64,000 nucleotides of DNA from an uncultured Candidatus Binatia bacterium (lineage in GTDB: Bacteria; Desulfobacterota; Binatia; UBA9968; JAJDTQ01): NCBI GenBank assembly GCA_965242525.1, contig OZ251459.1:3552001-3616000 (forward strand), given 5' to 3'. Positions 39,394 to 51,230 of the stretch are shown in pieces. Position 1 is the first letter of the stretch. Every line of letters starts with the position of its first letter. The notes beneath the pieces were generated by a model. That model was not told where the DNA came from. It did no database searches and was given only the letters and a program-made list of their open reading frames with translations. The position numbers were made by a program, and so were the translations under genes.

Positions 39394-40023
39394 ATGAGCA
39401 CCGTGAAACTGGACCCGCCGGAGAGGCTCGCCATGAGCCTGGGGGAAGCCATGTTCACCCAGAGGGCCATCCGCAGGCTCAGGCCCGACCCGGTGAGCGA
39501 CGAAGACCTCGCGCTGCTGATGGACGCGGCGTCCAAGGCGCCCAACTCGCGCAACGAGCAGAACGCGCGGTTCCTGGTGGTGCGGGACCGGGAGCGGGTG
39601 CGCAGGTTCGGGGAGTTGTACCGGGAGGCGTGGTGGGCCAAGCAGCCCGCGGACTGGAAGCCCGAGGACGCTCCCCCGGGGGACCGGCACCTGGCGCCCA
39701 TGCGGTTGGCGGACGCCATGAAGGACGCGCCGGTGGTGGTGCTGGCCGTGTCCAAGGCCCCGGGACACGCAAGCTCCGTGCTTCCCGCGGTGCAGAACCT
39801 GATGCTGGCCGCCCGCGCCCTCGGCATCGGGTCGGTGCTGACCACCCTGCACCCGCGGGTCACCGAGCGGGTCCACGAATTGTTCCGGATCCCGCGGGAA
39901 GCCGAGGTCCATTGCTGCATCCCGCTGGGCTACCCCGAAGGCCGGTTCGGCGCCACCGCGCGCCGGCCCGCTTCGGAGACCACCTACTACGAGGAATGGG
40001 GCAACCCGCCGCCGTGGGAGTGA
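39394..40023 (+). CDS. Nitroreductase family protein
   Basis: QRAIRR..PDPV, AP...NEQ, QNLMLAARALGIGS. Confidence 0.9.
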   Translation: MSTVKLDPPERLAMSLGEAMFTQRAIRRLRPDPVSDEDLALLMDAASKAPNSRNEQNARFLVVRDRERVRRFGELYREAWWAKQPADWKPEDAPPGDRHLAPMRLADAMKDAPVVVLAVSKAPGHASSVLPAVQNLMLAARALGIGSVLTTLHPRVTERVHELFRIPREAEVHCCIPLGYPEGRFGATARRPASETTYYEEWGNPPPWE

Positions 40024-40136
40024 GCCGTGCGCCGTGCGGCGCGGTCGCCGCATGGATCCCGTGCCTCGGCCCCTGCACCGCGCCCTGCCCGGGGTGAGAG
40101 CGGTTGCATTCCGGCGCCATCCTTCAACCCTCCTCG

Positions 40137-40398
40137 GGAACGGCTGACCAATGCCGGGCCTCCCTTGGGGAAGCGCGTCCTTCGACTCCGCTTCGCTCAG
40201 GATGAACGGGGATGGTTGTGCCGCTCGGGACGAATGGGGATGGGAACCTCCGAACAATCGGGACAGGGGCATGAGCGCGTCCTTCGACTTCGCTACGCTA
40301 CGCTCAGGACGAACGGAGGGACTTCGCTACGCTACGCTCGGGATGAACGGGATGGTTGTGCCGATCAGAACGAACGGGGATGGTCGTCCAGACGTTCC
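40137..40398. repeat. Cluster of family A MITE ends and REP motif A copies between convergent genes
   Basis: Left-type ends at 40137 and 40243, right end GTCGTCCAGACGTTCC at 40398; three motif A copies. Confidence 0.7.
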
Positions 40399-40400
40399 CC

Positions 40401-41420
40401 CTACAGCCCGTACAGGGCTCGCGCGTTGTCGCCGAGGATCTTGTCGATGACTCCGGCCGGGACCGAGCCTTCGCTGCGCAGCAGGCGCAGAGCCTCGATC
40501 TGGCTCGACGTGTCGTTGTGGCCGTAGTCGGTGCCGATGACCAGGTTGTCCTCGCCGGCGTCCCGGAGGACCGACGGGAGGTCGTCGGTGGTCTGGCAGG
40601 CCACGTACATGCGGTTCTCGGCCATGACGTTCTCCGGGACCGGCCTCCCGAGCTTCCGTAAGCGGAGCCGGAGGTCGTTGAGGGCATAGGGGACCCACTG
40701 GGCGCTGACCTCGACGAAGCCCCAGCGCAGCTTGGGGAAGAGGGCCGGCGTCCCTTCCATGAGCAGGGAGTGGAAGGTTCCCACCACCGGCAGCTTGAAC
40801 CGCGAGAAGCCGGTCTCCCCCTCGTAGAGGTCGTGTATGGCGGCGCTGTTGGTGCCGGCGTGGACGCAGACGGCGAGGTCCAGTTCGGAGGCCATGTCGT
40901 AGAGCGGGAACAGGTCGGGGTCGCTCAGGCGCTTCTCGTACTCCACCCCGCGCATGAAGACGCCGCAGGCGCCGTTGTCCCTGGCGAACCGCAGCTCGTC
41001 GCGCAGCGCGTCCGGGGAGAGCAGCGGCGGCATGGCGACCCATCGCAGGCGGCCCCGGCCCTTCTTCCATATCTCCGCCAGCCACCGGTTGTAGCTCTTG
41101 CACATGGCCAGCTCGGTGGGCCGGCTGTGGGTGTAGGGGCGCAGCATCAGCGTGGGGTAGAGCACCTGCACGTCCACCTCCAGCTCGTCCATGTGCCGGA
41201 TCCTGGCGTCGAGGTCGCGCATCTCGCGCTGGTCGACCGAGGTGTTGGCGCCGATGTTGTTGTTCTTGGGGTGCAACCGGTTGTCCACCACCCAGTACTC
41301 GACGCCGCCCTCCCGGGTGACCGGGAACGGTGCATGCTTGCGCTCGGCCTCGGCCATGAACTCCCAGGTGAAAGGCGTCTCGATCACGTGGGCGTCGGAA
41401 TCGATGGTTCTCGGGTTCAT
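40401..41420 (-). CDS. Amidohydrolase_2 family protein
   Basis: IDSDAHVIE, VQVLYPT, CVHAG, GTDYGH. Confidence 0.88.
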   Translation of the reverse strand: MNPRTIDSDAHVIETPFTWEFMAEAERKHAPFPVTREGGVEYWVVDNRLHPKNNNIGANTSVDQREMRDLDARIRHMDELEVDVQVLYPTLMLRPYTHSRPTELAMCKSYNRWLAEIWKKGRGRLRWVAMPPLLSPDALRDELRFARDNGACGVFMRGVEYEKRLSDPDLFPLYDMASELDLAVCVHAGTNSAAIHDLYEGETGFSRFKLPVVGTFHSLLMEGTPALFPKLRWGFVEVSAQWVPYALNDLRLRLRKLGRPVPENVMAENRMYVACQTTDDLPSVLRDAGEDNLVIGTDYGHNDTSSQIEALRLLRSEGSVPAGVIDKILGDNARALYGL

Positions 41421-41449
41421 CGCGCTTCTCCGGTCCTGCGCCGCCGCGG

Positions 41450-42541
41450 TCAGCCCGCCTCGATGTCGTAGAGCCGCCGCGCGTTCCCGCCCATGATCCT
41501 GGGCAGCGAACCGGCCGGGATGTCGTCCCGGGCGAGCACCTCGCTGACGACGTTGGGGAACTTGCAGTCCCCGTGGTTGTAGTCCGAGGCGAACACCAGA
41601 CGGTGGTCGCCGATGAAGTCCATGACGAACGGCAAGGTGGTCTCGTCCGGCTCGAAGGAGAAATAGACCTCCCGTTGGCGGATGTACTCGCTGGGAGGCA
41701 TGGTCAGCAGCGGCACGGCCGCCTGCATGTACTCGTAGTGCTCGTCCAGCCGCTCCATCCAGAACGGCACCCAGCCGGCCCCGGCTTCGAGGAACGCCAC
41801 CTTGAGTTTCGGGAACTTCTCCAGCACGCCGCCGCCCACCATGCACATGACGCCGATCATCTGCTCGAAAGGATGGGTGGTGGCGTGCACGAACAGCGCG
41901 TTGTCGAAGCGGTCCGCGGCGGCCGCGGGCCGCCCCGAACCCACGTGGACGCACACAGGCGTCCCGAGCTCCTCGGCTGCGGCGTAGAACGGATCGAAAT
42001 CGGGATGGTCGAGGTTGCGCCCGGCGGAATGCGCCGAGGTGGCCGCGGCCACGAACCCTAGGTCCCGGACGCAGCGCCGGAGCTCCGCGGCCGCCTCCGC
42101 CGGGTCCTGCATGGGCACGCACGCCACGCCCTTGAGCCGCTCGGGCGCGGTGCGGCAGTACTCGTGGAGCCAGTTGTTGTAGGCCCTGGCCACGGCGCAG
42201 GCGTAGTCCTTGTCTTCCAGGAACGGCAGGCTCAGGAACACGGTGGTGCCGAAGTTCACCGAGACCGCAATCTCTTCCAGGTCCATGTCCTCGAGCCGCT
42301 GCACCGGGTCCACCATTCCGGTGGTGGGCCGGGGCGAGCGGTTGTGGGGCACCGCACCGATGCCGCAGCCCACCCCCGAGGGCTTGGCCCAGATACGGCC
42401 TTCCATGAGCAGTTGCTGGCGCCCGTCGGATTCCACCACCCGGGGCGCCTTCTTCCTGTAGGGGCCTTCCAGCAACTCTTCCCACGGGGCGAACTTCTCC
42501 TGCACGTGGCCGTCCGCATCGATGATGGGGAACGTCGCCAT
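41450..42541 (-). CDS. Amidohydrolase_2 family protein
   Basis: IDADGHV, AYNNWL, LEAGAGW, FASDYNH; AGGAGG RBS. Confidence 0.9.
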   Translation of the reverse strand: MATFPIIDADGHVQEKFAPWEELLEGPYRKKAPRVVESDGRQQLLMEGRIWAKPSGVGCGIGAVPHNRSPRPTTGMVDPVQRLEDMDLEEIAVSVNFGTTVFLSLPFLEDKDYACAVARAYNNWLHEYCRTAPERLKGVACVPMQDPAEAAAELRRCVRDLGFVAAATSAHSAGRNLDHPDFDPFYAAAEELGTPVCVHVGSGRPAAAADRFDNALFVHATTHPFEQMIGVMCMVGGGVLEKFPKLKVAFLEAGAGWVPFWMERLDEHYEYMQAAVPLLTMPPSEYIRQREVYFSFEPDETTLPFVMDFIGDHRLVFASDYNHGDCKFPNVVSEVLARDDIPAGSLPRIMGGNARRLYDIEAG

Positions 42542-42559
42542 GGTTGCCTCCTTTGGGCG

Positions 42560-42590
42560 TTGACGGGGACTCCGCTCGCGTCCCCGTCAA
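42560..42590. terminator. 11-bp inverted repeat (terminator, stabilising hairpin or operator)
   Basis: TTGACGGGGAC-N9-GTCCCCGTCAA between co-oriented genes. Confidence 0.4.
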
Positions 42591-42605
42591 CCGGGAAAGC
42601 GCCGG

Positions 42606-43265
42606 CTACTTGATGTGCCTGGCCAGGAAAGCCGTGCTGCGCTCCCACGCCAGGTTGGCGGCGTCCGCGTTGTAGTTCGCTCCGGTCTCGTTGCCGAAGG
42701 CGTGCTTGGCCTGGTAGCGGTAGATCTCGTGGGCCACGTTGCCTTCCTTGAGCCGCGCTTCCAGGGCGTCCACCTGGTCCGGCGTGAAGGAGGTGTCCTC
42801 CAGGGCGAAGTGGCCCTGGAACGGCATGGAGATGGTCCGCGTGTCGGCCGCCTCCTCGGGGGGAACGCCGTACCAGCACACGGCCGCGTCCGCGGCCTTG
42901 GCGTACACCGCGGCCAGCACCGTCAGCGCCCCGCCCATGCAGAAGCCGATGACCCCCACCTTGGGACAACTCTGCTTCAGGTGCTCCACCGCTCCCCGCA
43001 CGTCCGTGGCGGCGTCCGCGAAGTCGAGGTTCTGCATCATGTGGCTGGCTTCCGCCGCTTCCACCGTCACCTTGCCCTTGTAGAGGTCCGGCACCAGGGA
43101 GTGGTAGCCCAGGCCCGCCAGCCGGTCGGCCACGCCCTTGATCTGGTCGTTCACCCCCCACCATTCCTGGATCACCACCATTCCCGGCGCGCCGCCGCCG
43201 GCCGAAGCGAAATAACCCGACGCGTCCTTGTCGTCGGGCCTCTTGAACGTGATCGTCTCTCCCAT
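42606..43265 (-). CDS. Dienelactone hydrolase family protein
   Basis: QEWWG, GFCMGG, HAF. Confidence 0.92.
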   Translation of the reverse strand: MGETITFKRPDDKDASGYFASAGGGAPGMVVIQEWWGVNDQIKGVADRLAGLGYHSLVPDLYKGKVTVEAAEASHMMQNLDFADAATDVRGAVEHLKQSCPKVGVIGFCMGGALTVLAAVYAKAADAAVCWYGVPPEEAADTRTISMPFQGHFALEDTSFTPDQVDALEARLKEGNVAHEIYRYQAKHAFGNETGANYNADAANLAWERSTAFLARHIK

Positions 43266-43390
43266 GACTTCCCTCCTGGAGTTTTTCCGGGCGTCGGACG
43301 CCGATGGGCAGGCAGAATAGTATGTCTCCATTCAAGAGTCCAGCCGTATCACGGCCTGGCCCGTCCTCTCGAAGCTCCCTGCGCGCCAGA

Positions 43391-43533
43391 GGAAACTCGG
43401 AACAATTCCGGCTTGGACCCCCTCTCCGTGCGGGAAAGCGCGTCCTTCGACTTCGCTTCGCTACGCTCAGGATGAACGGGATTCTTCGCTTCGCTACGTT
43501 CAGGACGAACGGGGATGATCGTTCCGGGTTTCC
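43391..43533. mobile_element. Family A MITE (no clear TSD)
   Basis: GGAAACTCGGAACAATT / GATCGTTCCGGGTTTCC, two motif A copies. Confidence 0.7.
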
Positions 43534-43662
43534 CGACGACGTTGTTCCGGGTTTCTCGAAGACGAACCGGCTCGGCGGCTTGGCGGCGGTGACCCGAACC
43601 GAGCCGGGGCACTCGTTCCGGCCGTAGCCGGCCGGCTGCGGAGACGGGTTGCTGCCCGGTCT

Positions 43663-44082
43663 TCAATCCCAGGGGTTCAACAGTTTCGCGCCGGTCGGAG
43701 CGAAGTCTTCGACGTTTCGGGTGACGATGGTCAGCCGGTGGACCAGGGCGGTGGCGGCGATGAGCGCGTCGCGGTCCGACCGACGGTCGGGGACGTGCAG
43801 TCCGGCGCAGCGCCTTGCAACCGCTGTATCGACGGGAAGGATACGGTCGGTGAACGCCCGCAATACCCGGGTATCGAGCCAGGAGCGGAGCATCGAGTCT
43901 TGGGCCGAGTCCCGACGCTCCACCAGCAGTATCCCGATTTCGAGTTCCAGGACCGTGACGGCCGACAGGAAGAGGGTGGCCGTGGAGACGCGGTTCGCCC
44001 AGGCAATCACCTTTGGCTCGGCTTTGCGGTTCTTGGCCTTTCCCAGTTCGGAAACGACGTTGGTATCGAGCAGGTACATCAC
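43663..44082 (-). CDS. vapC: VapC/PIN-domain toxin
   Basis: YLLDTNVVSE, DALIAATA, VTRNVEDF. Confidence 0.92.
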   Translation of the reverse strand: MMYLLDTNVVSELGKAKNRKAEPKVIAWANRVSTATLFLSAVTVLELEIGILLVERRDSAQDSMLRSWLDTRVLRAFTDRILPVDTAVARRCAGLHVPDRRSDRDALIAATALVHRLTIVTRNVEDFAPTGAKLLNPWD

Positions 44083-44336
44083 GACAAGTCCGGGATCCGA
44101 TACATGTCGCGGTTCGACCGGGCCGGCTCGAAATCGACGTCGGCGCCCTCCGGCATGGCCAGCAAGTCAACGATGCCCGCGTCCTTCTCCGTGATCTTCC
44201 GGTAGTCCTCGATGCTCAACAGGACATGCGCCGCACGGCCCCGGTCCGTTATGAAAACCGGCCCCTTCGAGGCGTCCCGCTTGGCCTTGCTCACATCCTG
44301 ATTGAACGCCCTGCTGGTAACGACGGTGATGCCCAT
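44079..44336 (-). CDS. Phd/YefM family antitoxin
   Basis: SRAFNQDVSKAKR, GPVFITDRGR.AHVLLSIE. Confidence 0.9.
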   Translation of the reverse strand: MGITVVTSRAFNQDVSKAKRDASKGPVFITDRGRAAHVLLSIEDYRKITEKDAGIVDLLAMPEGADVDFEPARSNRDMYRIPDLS

Positions 44337-44423
44337 GAACCGGCCCCTCCGTTTCCTCCCAGGATTGCAGGTACATTACTACAAACACCGCGGCAACTCA
44401 ACGGTGCAGCCGCCCACCCTCCG

Positions 44424-44690
44424 TCATTCCCGCGAAAGCAAGCGGGGGCGGGAATCCAGCCGTTCCATGGCGCCCTGCCTCACTGTGCATTAGGAACCTC
44501 TGGACAATCGAGACATCCAGGATGGATTCCCTCACCCTGACCCTATCTCCGTTCGTCCTGAGCGTAGCGAAGCGAAGTCGAAGGACGCGCTCATGCCCCC
44601 TGCCCTGATTGATCAGAGGTTTCATTACATGGATCGAGTGGACCGAGAAGGGCCATCCGCCGAGTGGATTCCCGCTTTCGCGGGAATGAC
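44424..44690. mobile_element. Palindrome-B-bracketed element with a GIY-YIG remnant, interrupted by a family A MITE (44493-44623, TSD ATTA)
   Basis: Inverted GTCATTCCC...GGGAATCCA pair; ATCGAGTGGACCGAGAAGGGCCATCC matches the 58.9-kb remnant. Confidence 0.75.
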
Positions 44691-44959
44691 GGGTGTGGGG
44701 GTTGCAGGAATGACGGGGCAGGCGTCTGCGGAGCAATGACTGCGTGACCCCTTTCGCTTCCCTTCCTCCTACCTGCCCACACAAAAGCCGGAAGAGCCCG
44801 GAGACCTCCCCGTTCGTCCTGAGCGTAGCGGAGCAAAGTCGAAGGACGCCCGGTTGACGCGCGAATCGGATTCTTGTTAAGAGGGTATCCGCGATCCGGG
44901 GCGTCGCGTCCTCGTGCCAGCCCGCGTCCCAACGCGCACAGGAAGAGAGGGTTACGCCA

Positions 44960-45529
44960 TTGACCGAGGATGAAGTACTACAGATTCTGGACTTGGTGGA
45001 GAAGTCGAACTTCGATTATCTCGACCTCGAGGTAGGCGACCTGAAGCTCACGGTCAGCAAGTCGGGCGTCCCGCTCGCCGCCGCGGCTGCGCCCGCGCCC
45101 GCAACCGTCAGCGTCGCCCGGGCCGAGCCCGCTGCGCCGGCCGCTCCGGCCCCCGCCCCTGCGGCTCCGGCCGCGGCGGCCCCCGCGCCCGAGAGCGCGC
45201 CCGCGTCCCAGCCGGCCACCGTCAAGGAAGGCGCCGTCCCCATCACCGCGCCCATGGTGGGCACCTTCTACGCCACGCCCGAACCCGGCGCGCCGCCCTT
45301 CGTCAAGCTCGGCGACCACGTGGACGCCGAGGCCACGGTGGGCCTCGTGGAGGTCATGAAGGTCTTCAACGCGGTGAGCTCCGGCGTTTCCGGCACCATC
45401 GACGAGGTCTGCGTGGAAAGCGGCCAGTTCGTCGAGCACGGCCAGACCCTCTTCCTGGTGCGGCCGGACGGAGACGAAGCGTGCTGCCAGGAAGACAGTA
45501 CCGAATGCCCCGTTCCCGGTGCGACCTGA
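44960..45529 (+). CDS. accB: Biotin carboxyl carrier protein
   Basis: Pro/Ala linker, APMVGTFY, EVMKV biotinylation site. Confidence 0.9.
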   Translation: MTEDEVLQILDLVEKSNFDYLDLEVGDLKLTVSKSGVPLAAAAAPAPATVSVARAEPAAPAAPAPAPAAPAAAAPAPESAPASQPATVKEGAVPITAPMVGTFYATPEPGAPPFVKLGDHVDAEATVGLVEVMKVFNAVSSGVSGTIDEVCVESGQFVEHGQTLFLVRPDGDEACCQEDSTECPVPGAT

Positions 45530-45559
45530 TGGACGGCAGCGCCGGCGGAACCCTCGCCC

Positions 45560-46927
45560 ATGGCCGTTAGCCGTCTCCTGGTCGCCAACCGGGGCGAGAT
45601 CGCGGTCCGCATCATCAAAGCCTGCCAGTCCCTGGGCGTCGAGTCGGTGGCGGTGGTTTCCGAGGCCGACCGGGACAGTATGCCGGCCCGCCTCGCGAAC
45701 CGCACCGTGTGCATCGGCCCGGCCCGCTCCGCGGAGAGCTACCTCAAGGTCGAGGCCCTGGTGGCCACCGCCCTGGGCACCGGTTGCGACGCCCTCCACC
45801 CGGGCTACGGGTTCCTTGCCGAGAAGTCCGAGCTGGCCGAGACCTGCGCCAGGCACGGCATCACCTTCGTGGGCCCCCGGGCCGACAGCATCCGCCAGAT
45901 GGGCAACAAGCTGCTGGCCCGGGCCGCGGTGGGCGCCTTCGGCGTCCCGCTGGTGCCCGGGTCCGACAACGTGGGCAGCTTCCGGGAGGCCGCGGAAGTC
46001 GCCGCGGAGGTGGGCTACCCCGTGCTGCTGAAGGCGGCCGCGGGAGGGGGCGGCAAGGGCATCAAGATCGTCACCGGGGACGGCGAGCTCCAGACCGCGT
46101 TCGAGACCGCGTCCGCGGAGGCCCGGGCCGCTTTCGGCGACCCCACCCTGTACATGGAGCGTTACGTCCCCAACGCCCGCCACATCGAAGTCCAGGTCAT
46201 GGGCGACCGGTTCGGCAACGTGGTGCACGTGGGCGAGCGGGACTGCTCGCTGCAGCGGCGCTACCAGAAGGTGGTGGAGGAGGCGCCCGCGGCCTGCATC
46301 CCGGAGGAGTTGCGGGAGCGCATCCGCGAGGCCGGACACAAGGTCGCCCGGGAGATCAAGTACGAGAACGCCGGCACCGTGGAGTTCATCTACGACGAGG
46401 ACCGGCAGGACTTCTTCTTCCTGGAGATGAACACCCGCATCCAGGTGGAGCACCCGGTCACCGAGATGGTCACGGGCCTGGACCTGGTGCGGGAGCAGAT
46501 CCGCATCGCCGGCGGCGAGAGGCTCTCCTTCTCGCAGGAGGACGTCCGCTTCGACGGCCACGCCATCGAGTGCCGCATCACCGCGGAAGCGCCGTGGCAG
46601 GGGTTCCGGCCGTGCCCCGGAACCCTCACCGATTGGCGTCCGCCCCAGGGACCGGGTATCCGGGTGGACACCCAATGCTTTCCGGGCTACCGCGTCCCGC
46701 CGTTCTACGACTCGCTGCTGGCCAAGCTCATCGTCCACGGGGCCGACCGGGGACAGGCGGTGGCGCGCATGAAGCAGGCCCTTGCGCAGTTCGCCGCGGC
46801 CGGCATCGACACCACCGTCCCGTTCCTGCAGGCGGTGATGGAAGAGCCGGACTACGTGAGCGGCCGGGTCAGCACCCGCTGGCTCGAAGGACGCCTCGAC
46901 GAGATCGCAGCCCGCCGCGGGCAGTGA
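45560..46927 (+). CDS. accC: Biotin carboxylase
   Basis: LVANRGEIA, HPGYGFLAE, ERDCSLQRR, EMNTRIQVEHPVTE. Confidence 0.93.
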   Translation: MAVSRLLVANRGEIAVRIIKACQSLGVESVAVVSEADRDSMPARLANRTVCIGPARSAESYLKVEALVATALGTGCDALHPGYGFLAEKSELAETCARHGITFVGPRADSIRQMGNKLLARAAVGAFGVPLVPGSDNVGSFREAAEVAAEVGYPVLLKAAAGGGGKGIKIVTGDGELQTAFETASAEARAAFGDPTLYMERYVPNARHIEVQVMGDRFGNVVHVGERDCSLQRRYQKVVEEAPAACIPEELRERIREAGHKVAREIKYENAGTVEFIYDEDRQDFFFLEMNTRIQVEHPVTEMVTGLDLVREQIRIAGGERLSFSQEDVRFDGHAIECRITAEAPWQGFRPCPGTLTDWRPPQGPGIRVDTQCFPGYRVPPFYDSLLAKLIVHGADRGQAVARMKQALAQFAAAGIDTTVPFLQAVMEEPDYVSGRVSTRWLEGRLDEIAARRGQ

Positions 46928-47002
46928 GCCGCCCGACCCTCACTCGACCTTCGACCCTTGCCCGAAGGCGCTCGCAAGGCGCGCCGCCAGCCCGCGTTCC
47001 GC

Positions 47003-47809
47003 TCACCCGCGGATGAAGTCCCGGATCGCCCGGTGCGCCGTGTCCGGGTTCGAGAAGAAGTAGCTGTGCCGCTCTCCCGGCAGGACCACGAGCCGGGCGT
47101 CGGGAATGCCCTCGGCGAGCATCTCCGCCCCCTTTCGGTGGGACATGTCGCTCACCACCGTGTGGTCGTCCTCTCCCACCAGCACCAGCGTGGGCGCGGC
47201 GATGTCCTTGAGCCGGTGGCGGGTGTCGTGCTCCTGCCGTGCGATCACGTGCCGGAAGTAGCATTCCACCGAGGCCAGGTTGGCCATGCGCACCTCCAGG
47301 AACCTCTCGATCTCGGCCGGGTGCTCCTTCGCGTACGACTCGGTCCAGCCCACCTCGACGGTGTGGTCCCGCACGTATTTCTCGTAGCCCATCTCCACCA
47401 TCTCGGTGGCGATCCTGAGGGGTATGCCCCGGGCGCCGGGGTGGGCCGCCCCGGACGAGGCGAGTATGAGCTTGTCCACCCGCCCGGGGTGCTCCAGCGC
47501 CAGCAACTGCGCCACCCTGCCGCCCATGGAATGGCCGCACACCACGGCCCCGGCGGCGTCCAGGTGCTCCATGACCGCGGCCACGTCGTCGGCGAACATG
47601 CGCGTGGTGTAGCGCATGGGGGTCCGGGTGGACCTTCCGGTGCCCCGGAAGTCCGTGACGATGGTGCGGTGGTCCCGGGAGAACTCGGTCACCTGGAACA
47701 GGTTCCACACGTCTCCGTCGCACGCGGTCTCCGCGATGAAGACGAAAGGCCGTCCGTCCCCGTGGACCTCGTAGTAGATGTCGGCGTCGCCGACGTTCAG
47801 CGTTGGCAT
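47003..47809 (-). CDS. Alpha/beta fold hydrolase
   Basis: DFRGTGRS, GHSMGG. Confidence 0.9.
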   Translation of the reverse strand: MPTLNVGDADIYYEVHGDGRPFVFIAETACDGDVWNLFQVTEFSRDHRTIVTDFRGTGRSTRTPMRYTTRMFADDVAAVMEHLDAAGAVVCGHSMGGRVAQLLALEHPGRVDKLILASSGAAHPGARGIPLRIATEMVEMGYEKYVRDHTVEVGWTESYAKEHPAEIERFLEVRMANLASVECYFRHVIARQEHDTRHRLKDIAAPTLVLVGEDDHTVVSDMSHRKGAEMLAEGIPDARLVVLPGERHSYFFSNPDTAHRAIRDFIRG

Positions 47810-47826
47810 GATGTCCTCCCAAATCC

Positions 47827-48086
47827 GGCGCTTCCGGAAATCGTGTGGGTTGCGACACCCATCATCCCGTCATTCCCGCAAAAGCCTCATCCCGTCATTC
47901 CCGCGAAAGCGGGAATCCATCCGGTTTCCTCGCTCTCGTTGTACAAACTTCTCATACAGTGCGCCCATGGGGTTTGCTCGCAGGGTCTGGATTCCGTGAA
48001 ACCCTGCCACACAGAAGCCGGGAGAGCTACTATGACCAACGACCCCGTTCGTCCTGAGCGTAGCGAAGCGAAGTCGAAGGGCGCGC
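47827..48086. mobile_element. Family C element with palindrome B and a GIY-YIG 3' remnant, followed by REP motif A
   Basis: GGCGCTTCCGGAAATCGTGTGGG left end; 47894-47948 matches 58854-58908. Confidence 0.65.
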
Positions 48087-48095
48087 TTGCCGCCC

Positions 48096-49943
<1,848 letters not shown>

Positions 49944-49970
49944 GGTGGCTTCGGTCCTCAGCCCGCCCCC

Positions 49971-51230
49971 TCAGCCCTCGTCCCGGGCCCGGCGCACCTC
50001 TTCCGCCAGGACCGCCAGCCCGCGCTCGGTGCGGCCCCAGTCGTCGGCGTAGGAGATGCGGACGCACTCCCGCTTGTGCGGCCAGTCGTCGTGCTCCAGC
50101 CCCGGGAAGAAGTAGTGGCCGGACACGACGATGACCCCGCGGGCCTTGAGCCGTCGATAGAGTTCGACGTTGTCGATGGGCAGGCCCGGCATCCACAGCC
50201 ACAGGAAGAACGCTCCCTCCGGGCGATGGATGCGCACGTCGCAGTCCTCGAGCCCGCGGCGCAGCAGGTCCACCACCCGCTCCGCCCGCCCGGCGTAGTG
50301 CGGGCGCACCACCTCACGGCCCAGGGCGAGGACCTCGCCGCTGTCCACGAGCTCGGTGGCCAGGGCCGGACCCAGGCTTCCCGGGGCCAGGCAGAAGATG
50401 GCGTTGGCCGCCTCCAGGGCGGCGACGACCTCTTCCGCGGCCACCACGATGCCGGTGCGGAGCCCGGGCAGCCCGAGCTTGGAAAGGCTCATGCACAGGA
50501 TCGTCCGCGGGTTCCAGGCCAGGGCGGGTTCCCCGAAGACGATGCCGGGAAAGGGCTGCCCGTAGGCCACGTCCACGATGAGCGGAACGTCCCGGGTCCG
50601 GGCCAGGGCGTCCAGGCGCTCCATCTCCGCGTCGGTGACCACGTTGCCGGTGGGGTTGGTGGGACGCGACAGGCAGATGGCGCCCACGTCCTCCACCGCC
50701 TCCACCGCGTCGAAGTCCACGCCGTACTTGAACAGCTTGTCCCCGAGGTCGGTGAGCACCGATCGGCGCGACGCCAGCAGGCCGGGAGTGAGGCCCAGGT
50801 CGGCGTAGCCGATGTACTCGGGCGAGAGCGGCAGCAGCACCCGGCGAAAGCCGCCGTCCCCGGTGGGTCCGGCCAACAGGTTGAACAGGGCCAGGAACGC
50901 CGACTGGCTGCCGTTGGTGACGGCGACGTTGCGCTCGCTCAGATCCCATCCCCGCTCGCGCCGCAGCAGCCGCGCCACCGCCCGGGCGAAACTCCGGTCC
51001 CCGGACGGCCCGTCGTAGTCCCCCACCGCCCGCTCGAACGCGTCGCCCCGCCGCAGCAGCGCCTCCATGTGCCGGCGGAAGACCTCCTGCGCGGCCGGGA
51101 TGGGACTGGGGTTGCCTCCGCCGAGGTTCATGATCTCCCCGCCCGCGGTCACGAACTCCCCCAGGTCCTCCATGAGCGAGCGCGTGCCCGATTCGCCCAT
51201 CAGCCGCCTGCCCAGCGCCGACAGCTTCAT
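49971..51230 (-). CDS. avtA: Valine--pyruvate aminotransferase
   Basis: LGGGNP, TNGSQSAF, PEYIGYAD, SRPTNPTGNV, SLSKLGLPGLR. Confidence 0.92.
   Translation of the reverse strand: MKLSALGRRLMGESGTRSLMEDLGEFVTAGGEIMNLGGGNPSPIPAAQEVFRRHMEALLRRGDAFERAVGDYDGPSGDRSFARAVARLLRRERGWDLSERNVAVTNGSQSAFLALFNLLAGPTGDGGFRRVLLPLSPEYIGYADLGLTPGLLASRRSVLTDLGDKLFKYGVDFDAVEAVEDVGAICLSRPTNPTGNVVTDAEMERLDALARTRDVPLIVDVAYGQPFPGIVFGEPALAWNPRTILCMSLSKLGLPGLRTGIVVAAEEVVAALEAANAIFCLAPGSLGPALATELVDSGEVLALGREVVRPHYAGRAERVVDLLRRGLEDCDVRIHRPEGAFFLWLWMPGLPIDNVELYRRLKARGVIVVSGHYFFPGLEHDDWPHKRECVRISYADDWGRTERGLAVLAEEVRRARDEG

Noticed and set aside
40401-42590. 729-aa fused amidohydrolase
   Set aside because: The N-terminal part is an alternate frame of the 41450-42541 gene; the real start is 41420
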